From: a virus
Strand: one strand, 5' to 3'
Virus record (IMG/VR): IMGVR_UViG_3300042292_000979
Length of the DNA stretch: 64,000 bases
Positions 9,784-19,003 of the stretch are shown here, piece by piece. Each line of letters opens with the position of its first letter. Position 1 is the first letter of the stretch. The notes under the pieces were generated by a model. That model was not told the origin of the DNA. It searched no databases and worked only from the letters and a program-made list of their open reading frames with translations. A program made the translations under genes and the position numbers.

Positions 9784-10545
9784 GTGGATCTCAATGCCCA
9801 GTGTGTTTATGACCCTAGATTAGGTATAGTGTTATACAAAAATGCACTAGTTAATTCGCCAGCTATTATAGATAGGCTTGAAAACGGACTTCAACAAAGT
9901 TTTAATCCAAGATTTAAATGGTCTTTAGCTACAACAGGTGACGAGAATACTGATACTAGTTATAGAAATTGTAGTGATTTTAAGATTCATCCAGATAATA
10001 CTAAATGGGAAATGTTTCCAGAAATAGAAGATATAAAAAATATAACATTTGAGATTAAAGACATTCTTATGTGCGCATTATATGATTATGAAGTAAGGTA
10101 TCCTGCTGCTAATAAAATGGATTTTATGGAAAGTTTTAACTTTGTTAAATATGGTCCGGGAGAATACTTTAAGCCACACACAGACCATGGGTTTAGTTAC
10201 AACGCTACAGTATCTTGCGTCTTGTATTTAAATGATGACTATGATGGTGGAGAATTAGCATTTAATAGTTTAGGTTTCAAAATTAAACCTAAGGCTGGGG
10301 ATTTAATATTTTTTCCTTCAAATTATATATTTGTACACAGTTCAGAGCCAGTTACTTCGGGAATGAAATATTCAGTAGTAACAATGTTTGATTATAATGA
10401 AAGAACACATAAAAATTTTCAATATGGCTATAACCTAGACGGTTCTCTCGCTGATCCCAACGCAGGACGCGGACCAAGATTTACTGATAAAATAGTGCAA
10501 CCGCTAAAACAACTTGATGCAGACTATAGATTAATTGGAGTATAA
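9784..10545 (+). CDS. 2OG-Fe(II) oxygenase, prolyl-4-hydroxylase-like
   Basis: FKPHTD...SCVLYLNDDYDGGEL...IFFPS...H...VTSG.KY. Confidence 0.85.
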   Translation: MDLNAQCVYDPRLGIVLYKNALVNSPAIIDRLENGLQQSFNPRFKWSLATTGDENTDTSYRNCSDFKIHPDNTKWEMFPEIEDIKNITFEIKDILMCALYDYEVRYPAANKMDFMESFNFVKYGPGEYFKPHTDHGFSYNATVSCVLYLNDDYDGGELAFNSLGFKIKPKAGDLIFFPSNYIFVHSSEPVTSGMKYSVVTMFDYNERTHKNFQYGYNLDGSLADPNAGRGPRFTDKIVQPLKQLDADYRLIGV

Positions 10546-11283
10546 ATGACAAAAGTAACATTATCAAGAACACATCATAATTCAGTTGAAATAAAACAAT
10601 CTCGCCTCAAGAGAGATTGGATGGACAATACATATAATAAACACGCCTACCAGTGCACTCCTGTAACCACGGCAAATGTTAGCGGATGGGAAATGATTCT
10701 TCCAGAAGAATTGGTCGTGATTTGGGATGGAGGACCTAGTCCAGCAAGAATAATTAGCGGTGGTGTTCATAATGGTTTTCAATTTGCTCATTCAAACATA
10801 CATGGGATGATATCAATTGCAACTGGTTGGGCAATAAACACAGAAGAAGGCTACAGTCTGTGGACAACTGGTTCACCAAATTATTACGTAGATGGTGCCT
10901 CACCAATGACCGCTAGCATTCCAAGTAGTTGGTGGCCAGATGAGGTGCAAACAAATTGGGTAATTCATAAAGTAAATGAACCAGTTACATTCCCTAAAGG
11001 AAGTCCATTTTTATTTTTTACCATTTATCCAACAGACTTACTGCCAAGCGTTGAGTTTGAAGTTATTAATAGATGGGATGATAAAGATTTGGAAGAATCA
11101 AGAAGAAAATATAACGATTTAAAAATGAAAAATTCACAAGAAAAACCATGGACATGGGTAAAAGGAATAAAAACTGGCGTAGACGCAGATGGTAAAAAAA
11201 TTGGTCCAGTAACCAAGGGAATTCTAAAGTTAAATGAATTAGACAATGTAGTAGGAGAAAATAATTATGATGAACTTCAATGA
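10546..11283 (+). CDS. DUF6065-like protein
   Basis: RDWMD...HAYQCTPVTTANVSGW N-terminal motif, followed by GSPN...I...WW...NW...VTFPKG.PF. Confidence 0.6.
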   Translation: MTKVTLSRTHHNSVEIKQSRLKRDWMDNTYNKHAYQCTPVTTANVSGWEMILPEELVVIWDGGPSPARIISGGVHNGFQFAHSNIHGMISIATGWAINTEEGYSLWTTGSPNYYVDGASPMTASIPSSWWPDEVQTNWVIHKVNEPVTFPKGSPFLFFTIYPTDLLPSVEFEVINRWDDKDLEESRRKYNDLKMKNSQEKPWTWVKGIKTGVDADGKKIGPVTKGILKLNELDNVVGENNYDELQ

Positions 11284-12157
11284 CGTTGAAGGAAAGCATT
11301 TGGGTGGTGGAGTTGTTCTGTTTGAGAACGCAGCATCCGTAGATTGGGATTGGATGTATAAATTCTGTGAAAGAAGTATAGAACAAGAAAAAGCAGAAAT
11401 GTATTCACTTACTACTCATCCAAATACAGGTGAAGAAGTCTACGTTAATAATAGTGGTTATTATTTTCCTATTGAGACGATTGAAGAAATGCCATATAGA
11501 GCAACGAGAATACATAGAGACAAAGAACTTCAAGCGATGAAAACATTAGCTTTTATTGATGAAGTTAAATATAAGTGTTTATTAAAATATATAGAAATGT
11601 TTCCTTTAGTATATAAATGTGTTTGGTGGCAAAGTAGGGGTCACATAACACAATATAAATCAAATGTTTATATGGGCCCACATGCAGACATACAAACAGA
11701 TTACATGTATGGTGTTCCACATCCGAGCCAACAATTAGCTATGAAAAATGTGGTTGGTACAATATTCTACATTAACGACAGTGTTAAATCAGAGAGTGAA
11801 CTTAACGGAAAGAATTTTACGGGTGGTTCTCATTACTTTCCTTATTTGGATGTAGAGTATACTCCTAAAAGGGGAGATGTATTAATGTTTCCTAGTGATT
11901 ATATGGCAGCCCATCAGGTAAAGCCAACTGGCGGCGGCGTAAGATACGCTTACCTAGGTTGGTATTGTCATGGTAGCCCAAATAAAGAATTAAATGAAAA
12001 TGTTCTTGATCCATTAGAAGACCCAGCAAATTCTACAATGGCAGTAAATGTTTATCTTCCATTTCTTAGACAAGACTACTTAAAGCAGATTGAAGGAAAA
12101 GGATATAAAGAGGAATCAATGCAGTATCTTGTAGCTTTAAATATGGAGCAATATTAA
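11267..12157 (+). CDS. 2OG-Fe(II) oxygenase
   Basis: MGPHAD...IFYIND...FTGG...P..GDVLMFPS...H.V.....RY. Confidence 0.8.
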   Translation: MMNFNDVEGKHLGGGVVLFENAASVDWDWMYKFCERSIEQEKAEMYSLTTHPNTGEEVYVNNSGYYFPIETIEEMPYRATRIHRDKELQAMKTLAFIDEVKYKCLLKYIEMFPLVYKCVWWQSRGHITQYKSNVYMGPHADIQTDYMYGVPHPSQQLAMKNVVGTIFYINDSVKSESELNGKNFTGGSHYFPYLDVEYTPKRGDVLMFPSDYMAAHQVKPTGGGVRYAYLGWYCHGSPNKELNENVLDPLEDPANSTMAVNVYLPFLRQDYLKQIEGKGYKEESMQYLVALNMEQY

Positions 12158-12384
12158 TGTCTAATATTTCAAAAGAAGAACTTGATTTAATCAAGGAAAA
12201 AACTTGTGTATATTTAACAAAATCTATTCACAAATTATGTTTTTTGCTTGGTAAAGATCCAGAAAAAGCAATGACATCAGAATCATTAAACGATCTCTTA
12301 GATACAGAAGATGTATCTAGAATGCAAATAGATGCAATTACCTCACTATATAACCAGGTAACTGCATTAAAAAAACTTAATTAA
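12157..12384 (+). CDS. Hypothetical protein
   Basis: 75-aa ORF, translationally coupled (TAATG overlap). Confidence 0.6.
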   Translation: MSNISKEELDLIKEKTCVYLTKSIHKLCFLLGKDPEKAMTSESLNDLLDTEDVSRMQIDAITSLYNQVTALKKLN

Positions 12385-12385
12385 T

Positions 12386-12592
12386 ATGAAACCAAAAGAA
12401 ATTAGCGAAGAACTCATTCATGAGTTTACAGAAAAAATGGATGATGTAGTGCCTTCATATTCTGAAGAAGATGAAAACATTGTAATGGAAAACGGTGGCA
12501 CAACTAGAGAATATGTTTTAACAAACGACTTTGCTGAAATGAATAGATATATAATACTTCCTTTGTCTCCAGGTATAGAAGATCTAATATGA
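12386..12592 (+). CDS. Hypothetical acidic protein
   Basis: 68-aa ORF tightly packed in the operon. Confidence 0.6.
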   Translation: MKPKEISEELIHEFTEKMDDVVPSYSEEDENIVMENGGTTREYVLTNDFAEMNRYIILPLSPGIEDLI

Positions 12593-12885
12593 CCTATAAC
12601 GCAATTGATGATCTAGCATATATAGATAGGCAGATTATCTTTTATCTCTACTGCATTGGTTTTGACGGCGCTAAAATAGATTCTTATAATATAGATGAAA
12701 TCATAGCTGCTACTAGATCTATAACCTTGGCTCCAATAGATGATGTTGAATCTGGTAAATTAAATTTAGGTCAAGATCTTTCTTATTTATATTTAAAAAA
12801 TCAAAGAATCTCATTAATAGGAAACATAAGAAGATTATGGCACATGCGTCAGATAGCAATGGGGGCAATCAAATATGATGTATGA
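12589..12885 (+). CDS. Hypothetical protein
   Basis: 98-aa ORF, ATGA overlap with the upstream gene. Confidence 0.6.
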   Translation: MTYNAIDDLAYIDRQIIFYLYCIGFDGAKIDSYNIDEIIAATRSITLAPIDDVESGKLNLGQDLSYLYLKNQRISLIGNIRRLWHMRQIAMGAIKYDV

Positions 12886-13579
12886 AAAAGATTATTTCGA
12901 TAATTTAGTTAACTTAATTAAGTATGTAGATGTGGAATCTATTGATGAATCAATAAAAAAAAGTAAAAATGTTAAAAACTATTTAGATACTTTATCTTTA
13001 GATAAAAGAAAAATAGCTGCAGGGATGGATTTCTTAATTTGGTATTTTGATGTATTTAGTCAAGAAACTCATTTCTGGAACACCAATCAAGCATACTACT
13101 ATGCGGCTAACACTCATGAGTTTGGGTTCCTAACTGCTAATCCTAAAACATCTTTAATGACCCTCCCAGCATTTAATACAGGACTAGTTAGATTAATGCA
13201 AAAAAGATCAAAGCTAACACTCCTTAATAATTATCAATTAAATCTATTTGAAAGAATAATAAAAAAAGATAATGAAGATTGGGATTATAATACCATTTCA
13301 ATGCAAGATATAGAGTCAAGTAATGCCGGGACCTATGATTTTATCTGCATGAGCATACATGACGTTTTACATGATCCTGAATTAGTAGTTAAATTTTACA
13401 ATATGCTAAACAAAAATGGGACCATAATGATGCTTTATACTGGAACTGATTCTCTATATAAAGATGAGTCTGTTTTTACAGATTTTTACGAAGTTCACGA
13501 GTATCTTAAAAATATAGAGAATTCCTGCGTTTACCATAATCCAACCGGGGCCGCTGTTACATATGCAGTAAAACTGTAG
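12875..13579 (+). CDS. Class I SAM methyltransferase-like protein (divergent)
   Basis: C-terminal half GTYDFICM...FYNMLNKNGTIMM resembles Rossmann MTase motifs; the Gly-rich motif I is not evident. Confidence 0.4.
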   Translation: MMYEKDYFDNLVNLIKYVDVESIDESIKKSKNVKNYLDTLSLDKRKIAAGMDFLIWYFDVFSQETHFWNTNQAYYYAANTHEFGFLTANPKTSLMTLPAFNTGLVRLMQKRSKLTLLNNYQLNLFERIIKKDNEDWDYNTISMQDIESSNAGTYDFICMSIHDVLHDPELVVKFYNMLNKNGTIMMLYTGTDSLYKDESVFTDFYEVHEYLKNIENSCVYHNPTGAAVTYAVKL

Positions 13580-13592
13580 TACTATATATATT

Positions 13593-14270
13593 ATGATTAT
13601 TATAGACAAATACATAAAAGATCAGATTCTATTAGATGAAATTAAATATACCAAAGACTTTTTCCCGGAGTCAATGGGTGATGAAGATCGTATTGCAATT
13701 GTTTTAAATGGATATCATGATGAGTTATCCGATTGTTTTGCCCCTTATATGTTCTGGGATGGGTGGCATAAGTCTGAGGCAAATACACCAAGGAAAAGAT
13801 TAATTAAAGCAATCTGGGAAAATAATCTTCCTTTTCCAATTGAGGAATTGTGCGGATTTGAATATTGGACTAGGACTTTCAAGCCAGGACAATTCTTAGA
13901 TGTTCACGTAGATGAGGATACTTTTCTATACGCAGATACCAAAATCTTCAGAGGGCCAAAAATTGGATGTGTGTACTATCCGGAAACAAATGATGTTGTT
14001 GGTGGCTTCTTAGAGCTTCACCCTAAAGCTGTATCAGAAGACACTCCAAACGCCCTTGAGAGAGAAAATATGGATACACTAGTTGTTCCAATTGAACTCA
14101 GAGAAAGAATAGCCTGTCTGCCAAATAGGTTAATTATTTTCGATGCTGGTCACGTTATACACAATACAACCCCGCCAATTTCCGGGGTGAGAAGGGTTGT
14201 GGTTATCAACGTTTGGCACAGGGATAGTCCCCCAATAGCCTTAAAGGCTAACAAGTTTTATTACGAATAA
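13593..14270 (+). CDS. 2OG-Fe(II) oxygenase
   Basis: FEYW...LDVHVDED...VYYP...GG.L...NRLIIFD...H......R....NVW. TACTAT lies 7 nt before the ATG, so the transcript may be leaderless. Confidence 0.8.
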   Translation: MIIIDKYIKDQILLDEIKYTKDFFPESMGDEDRIAIVLNGYHDELSDCFAPYMFWDGWHKSEANTPRKRLIKAIWENNLPFPIEELCGFEYWTRTFKPGQFLDVHVDEDTFLYADTKIFRGPKIGCVYYPETNDVVGGFLELHPKAVSEDTPNALERENMDTLVVPIELRERIACLPNRLIIFDAGHVIHNTTPPISGVRRVVVINVWHRDSPPIALKANKFYYE

Positions 14271-14286
14271 TAATTTAACTTTATAT

Positions 14287-14297
14287 CATTACTATAT
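14287..14297 (+). promoter_or_regulatory. CATTACTATAT motif (candidate late promoter)
   Basis: Second exact copy, upstream of 14323. Confidence 0.55.
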
Positions 14298-14322
14298 AGT
14301 TAATACTTTTTAAAGGACATTT

Positions 14323-14697
14323 ATGTTATATAATGACATTATTGACTATAACCAATCTGGTATTCAATATAATGGAACCGTTGTATTAATAATAGAGGGA
14401 ATATCAAATCCTGTCATTTTAAATGATATAAAAGTTAACTTTGGTGGAAAAGAAGACTATTCGGTAGCTACCGCAATAGGCGTTGTAAGTATAGATCTAG
14501 CTCCAAACGGTATAATCACGATACAGGCCCTCCAGAAAGAAGGCGCTGCGCTTATTCAAGCTAGCGAAATAACTATACATTCTGGCTCTCTTATTACAAT
14601 AGAAATTGCCGAAAAAGAAGGCGCTGGGATTATCCAGGCAAGTGAAACAAATATAAACTCTGGCACACTTGTTAGTGTTCAGAATCAGAGTGAATAA
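14323..14697 (+). CDS. Hypothetical (likely virion) protein with internal duplication
   Basis: ITI....KEGA..IQASE..I.SG.L occurs twice; AAGGA RBS. Confidence 0.6.
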   Translation: MLYNDIIDYNQSGIQYNGTVVLIIEGISNPVILNDIKVNFGGKEDYSVATAIGVVSIDLAPNGIITIQALQKEGAALIQASEITIHSGSLITIEIAEKEGAGIIQASETNINSGTLVSVQNQSE

Positions 14698-14755
14698 CCT
14701 CACCAACACAATTTAAAGTACTACTATATAAATATCTACTTTTTAAAGAGGGAAA

Positions 14756-15646
14756 ATGGCAAATATACTAGTCAATGATACTGTGCGTCTAAAGGTTAAG
14801 TTTATTGACGTAGATGCTAATGGTAATCAAGTAGAGGTTTCTCCCGTATCAGTTTCTATGGGTATAACAAATTCAAGTAATGTGTTAATAATATCAGTTA
14901 CCCCTACGTCGCTTAGTGGTTCTGAATTCTACTACGACTACACTCCATTAACAGCTGGTACATATAAGGTTTCCTTTAATGGAATTCTAGCAAACAATAC
15001 TACGATTAGCGTTAATCAACAGATATACGTAAGTACTCCAACAGAGGACTATAGGCCAACAGTCTTCTTGAGAGAGGATGAAATAATAGCTTTTGCAGCG
15101 GATATAGAGCCATTGTATCTTGATCCGGAGCAACTTCTCCCGTATTTCCCTGACGCTTCCCTTTTGGAAATAGGTGAATTTGTACATAACTATTCTATAG
15201 AAATAAAGAATATATTTAAATTATTAGAAACTGAAGATGGAACAAATATTCCATTTACAGCATTTGAATATGTAAGAGCAGCCACCTGTTGTGAGCTGAC
15301 AAGAGTTTATGGAAATGGCGGAGATGATGAGCTTTCGGTAAGGCTTGGCGATCTTTCGATAACTAACAAAAATTTACCTAGAAACACTTTAAGTAGAGCT
15401 AACGCTACCACTTGGTGTCAAATTGCAGCAATGCTTAGAAAAGAAATGTTAACATCAAAAGTTGGAATGAAAGCAGTTCAACCAAAAGGTTTACCAAGTC
15501 TTCCAACAATTGGAGCCGGAAGAACTATGGATCCATATACTGGATTGTCAGTTTACTACACTCCAAGAGACCTATATGGACCAACTCATATCCAGTCGCC
15601 AGACCAGAATCCAATTCCAGAAAGAGGAATAAGGAAGTATGATTGA
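14756..15646 (+). CDS. Neck/head-completion protein with N-terminal Ig-like domain
   Basis: N-terminal beta-sandwich (YYDYTPLTAGTYKVSF); C-terminal helical part with SVRLGDLSI, adaptor-like; located before the tail genes. Confidence 0.5.
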   Translation: MANILVNDTVRLKVKFIDVDANGNQVEVSPVSVSMGITNSSNVLIISVTPTSLSGSEFYYDYTPLTAGTYKVSFNGILANNTTISVNQQIYVSTPTEDYRPTVFLREDEIIAFAADIEPLYLDPEQLLPYFPDASLLEIGEFVHNYSIEIKNIFKLLETEDGTNIPFTAFEYVRAATCCELTRVYGNGGDDELSVRLGDLSITNKNLPRNTLSRANATTWCQIAAMLRKEMLTSKVGMKAVQPKGLPSLPTIGAGRTMDPYTGLSVYYTPRDLYGPTHIQSPDQNPIPERGIRKYD

Positions 15647-16011
15647 TCCAAAACGCACATTAAGCAATATACTGCGTAGTTGGGGTCACAATGTATTAGT
15701 TCAAAAAGTATTAGATCAGAAAACTATGACCTATAGCAAAAAGATGCAAAGATACACCGTAAGAGCTGTGTATCCGGGGGCTCAACGGATTTGCTAATAT
15801 ATTAGAAGAAAACATACAAGGCTTAACCGTTAGTTCTGAGGTAATATACTATTTTCAAGATACGGCAAATATTAAATCTGGTGATAGAATATACGAAGAC
15901 TATTCAAGTGGTCAGCAAATTTTTTTAGTAGACTTTTCTGCTCCGGTAAGAGGTAGAGGTGGAAAAGTAGTTTACTGGGTTGCAGGTGCGACTAGAGAAA
16001 GTAAAAATTAA
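15639..16011 (+). CDS. 123-aa head-closure-like protein; needs +1 recoding at CGGA 15786
   Basis: Missing from the ORF track. ATG 15639 overlaps the upstream stop; codon 50 is CGG and TAA follows at 15795. The +1 frame (GFANILEE...YYF...IKSGDRIYE...VRGRGGKVVYW) ends at TAA 16011, abutting ATG 16012. Confidence 0.75.
15786..15789 (+). other. Recoding site 2: CAA CGGA TTT
   Basis: In-frame CGG followed by two sense codons and TAA. A G5 run ~6-10 nt upstream is an alternative indel site for this one case. Confidence 0.65.
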
Positions 16012-18087
16012 ATGTTAAGAGTACACAATGGTCAGTTGGTAAAGTTTAGATTTGCCTTTTTGGTAAACGGTGAGTTCTACGACCCTTTAGATCAAGCTAC
16101 TCCTGTAGATATATATGCAACAGTTTCAAGAGGTGATGGCAATATAATTCATTCTTCTACTTCATTGATTAATACAAGTTATCGAATCATATCGATAACA
16201 CCACCAAGTTCAATAGTGAGTGGTCACATTTCAGCAACATTTACATTTGATGTAGATCATAAGTTAGCCGCTGGAGATACCGTAATCATCTATGGTGTTG
16301 GCGGTGGATATAACGCAGAGTACACAATCACATCTGCACCAACTACAAAATCAGTAATAGCAAGGACAGCTGCTACTACTTTACCAAGCTTATCGAGTTA
16401 TGACTCCGCAAAAGTGTATGCAAGAGCAGCTCTCAAAACAAATTCTTACTATGATAGACCATCAGGCTCTGAGTACGGCTTTTATTATAAAATTCCAGAT
16501 ACGCTTTTTGGCGGGACTTATACCGTCTCCATTCAATGTGCATACAACGATAGAACTCAGGTAATTGAACATCACTTTGAAGTATCTAGAAGTCAAATTG
16601 GTAGAGTCGGAAATATAGTATATAAAAAAATAGAAAATGGAGTGATAACTTTATCAACTGATATTGATCACAACTTATCATCTGGTGATCAAATTTCAAT
16701 ATCAGAAATAAGTGCAGCCTTTAACGGAAATCATTTTATCTCCTCAGTCCCAGCGAATAATAAATTTTCTATTAAAACAAATATTCCATTATCTAATGGA
16801 GAACAACTTACAACAGGAAAATATTCTGTCATCAATACAACTGGAGTATCTAAAGATTTAACAGGACCAACAACTGGTGCAAGTATTTCGAAGAGACCAA
16901 TTTTTGATTCACTAGAAGAATATTATAATACCAATTCAATATTATTTATAGGTCATAGCGATGGAATCGAACTAAATCAAATTATAAAAATTAATTCAAT
17001 TCAAGAAGCTACTAACCTATTGGGTGCAAATACTTCTTCTCCCCTTCTAAGAGGAATTCACGATGCGTTTAGTTGCGGAGCAAAGTCTATATTCATGATG
17101 GCTTCTGCGCCAATGTCAGAATATATTGATGATATTTCTCAAAGACTTATCGACATGCCAATACTTTTTTCAGCGGAAACAAATTCTAATGTAAACTTTT
17201 ATGAAAAATATTATGAAAGACTAGCAGTAAGTTACGATATAGCAAAAGGGCTTGACTTCATTGACATAATAGTGCCACTCGAAACTTCGATGATAAATAC
17301 TGGGTCTGTTGACTTTATAGCTCAACTAGCTGTTCATTGTTATTCTTTCAATAATGCTACTGGATATGTGCAAATGGGAATCATTGGTTCTAAAAATAAT
17401 GGAACAAAAGACAGTGATGTTCAACTTCTAGAACAAAATACTAGACTTGTAAATAAATTTACCACTTACTCAATAAGTGGAGAAATAGAAAGTGATATAG
17501 GTAGATATATTATTCCCGTATACGGAGAATTAACTTTCAATCATATAGGTTTTGGAAGATCATATACGAGTTCAGCTGCAGCAGCATTTGCTGGAATGAT
17601 GTCGTCAACTCCAGTCTATAATGGGATAATTAGAAAAAGAATACCAGGAGCATATTCTGTTTATGGTTCTAATTTATCTGGAGATTCATTAGCTAGGTTA
17701 GATAACCTCGGTGTCAATGTTGTGTACAGAACGCGCAAAGCACTAAGGGGTAACCCGTATGAAGTAAACATATCTAATGATTATACATTAGCTAATAAAA
17801 ATAGCTCTTTTACAAAAGCTCCGCAAATGAGATTAGTAGCTATGGTTATAACTGAAATAAAAGCTATAGCAAATGATGGCATAGGAAAGAACGCAGAAGA
17901 TAAAGTAATTTCACAAGTTAAAGCAATGCTAGACATGCTAGTATCTACTAGAACTATTAAGGATTATAAACTTCAATCATATGGATCTAAAACAGAAAGA
18001 GGAACTTTAATTTTTGAAATAAATTTAGTTTCTTCTCTTGGTTTAAAAAGTATTAATTTTTCCATAATTACAGGACCAGGAGCGTAG
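16012..18087 (+). CDS. Tail sheath paralog with N-terminal accessory beta-domains
   Basis: C-terminal ~400 aa parallels 19004..20269 (YTSSAAAAFAG..S...L.NLGVN...T.A...S.FT....RLV). N-terminus has two D.DH.L..GD.(V/I).I......(Y/F)N domains. Confidence 0.65.
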   Translation: MLRVHNGQLVKFRFAFLVNGEFYDPLDQATPVDIYATVSRGDGNIIHSSTSLINTSYRIISITPPSSIVSGHISATFTFDVDHKLAAGDTVIIYGVGGGYNAEYTITSAPTTKSVIARTAATTLPSLSSYDSAKVYARAALKTNSYYDRPSGSEYGFYYKIPDTLFGGTYTVSIQCAYNDRTQVIEHHFEVSRSQIGRVGNIVYKKIENGVITLSTDIDHNLSSGDQISISEISAAFNGNHFISSVPANNKFSIKTNIPLSNGEQLTTGKYSVINTTGVSKDLTGPTTGASISKRPIFDSLEEYYNTNSILFIGHSDGIELNQIIKINSIQEATNLLGANTSSPLLRGIHDAFSCGAKSIFMMASAPMSEYIDDISQRLIDMPILFSAETNSNVNFYEKYYERLAVSYDIAKGLDFIDIIVPLETSMINTGSVDFIAQLAVHCYSFNNATGYVQMGIIGSKNNGTKDSDVQLLEQNTRLVNKFTTYSISGEIESDIGRYIIPVYGELTFNHIGFGRSYTSSAAAAFAGMMSSTPVYNGIIRKRIPGAYSVYGSNLSGDSLARLDNLGVNVVYRTRKALRGNPYEVNISNDYTLANKNSSFTKAPQMRLVAMVITEIKAIANDGIGKNAEDKVISQVKAMLDMLVSTRTIKDYKLQSYGSKTERGTLIFEINLVSSLGLKSINFSIITGPGA

Positions 18088-18088
18088 T

Positions 18089-18901
18089 ATGCAGTCTTCA
18101 TTCCCATTCCCAGGTAGCTTTAATGCTGACCAAGCACCAGGCAATAAGTGGGAGCAATATACGGAAAGTAGAGATAGGCTTCGAGAGCAAGATCCTAAGT
18201 ATTATAATGATACTGATTCAAGGAGATTAAAAGCCGAAGGAAATTTAACCTATCTTGGATTTATCGAAGTTGTCAAAATGCTTTGGGAAAACTCGTATCC
18301 AGACATACCAATTGTGGCAACATTTGGAGGCAAGTTTGCATCTTACCCTTGTGTAGCCTATGGCCTTGAATTAAAGAGAGCTCATAATCAAGAACCCAAA
18401 ATGCGATACAGGGATAAGGCTTTAGGTGAAGATGGTAAATATTACATTATAGAAGGTCAGCGTTTTCAGAACGTTGTTTCCTTTACTGTTATGGTTGAAG
18501 CCAATGCTGGTCAGTTGTCAGGCGACGAACAACGATATGCTGGCGCAGAAGTAGCCGATAGAATTATGGAAATATTTGAAGATTTTATGTTGGAATATAC
18601 TCCAGTCTTTAAGAGACTGGGCGCATCAGAATTCGTATATGCTAGAAGGGTTTCGGATACCGAAACAAACATGGACCAAACTGATGTAGTTAAAAGAACG
18701 GTTACATATTTGTTAACAACTGAAAAGATACATGTATCAGCAGTTGATAAGATTGAGTCAATTGTGGCCGATATACGCCAATGGGTTTCCTATGAAAAGC
18801 AGCTAGTTGATCAAGCAGCTGCGACTCCTTCTTCATATTACAATCCAGATATGAACCTAGGTATTGTAGACTTATTCCAAAGTGCTACCCCGAACTCATA
18901 A
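18089..18901 (+). CDS. Tail terminator/completion protein
   Basis: Directly before the sheath; GQRFQNVVSFTV...ADRIMEIFEDFM...RTVTY pattern. Confidence 0.5.
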   Translation: MQSSFPFPGSFNADQAPGNKWEQYTESRDRLREQDPKYYNDTDSRRLKAEGNLTYLGFIEVVKMLWENSYPDIPIVATFGGKFASYPCVAYGLELKRAHNQEPKMRYRDKALGEDGKYYIIEGQRFQNVVSFTVMVEANAGQLSGDEQRYAGAEVADRIMEIFEDFMLEYTPVFKRLGASEFVYARRVSDTETNMDQTDVVKRTVTYLLTTEKIHVSAVDKIESIVADIRQWVSYEKQLVDQAAATPSSYYNPDMNLGIVDLFQSATPNS

Positions 18902-18945
18902 TATTTAGTAGGATACGTAAATCTAGTTAGTTTTTACAGGTACCC

Positions 18946-18956
18946 CATTACTATAT
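18946..18956 (+). promoter_or_regulatory. CATTACTATAT motif (candidate late promoter)
   Basis: Third exact copy, upstream of the major sheath gene, which has a strong GGAGG RBS. Confidence 0.55.
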
Positions 18957-19003
18957 CTTTCGAGTTAATCCAATAAATCGCTGACTCGGAGGTTAATAAT
19001 AAC

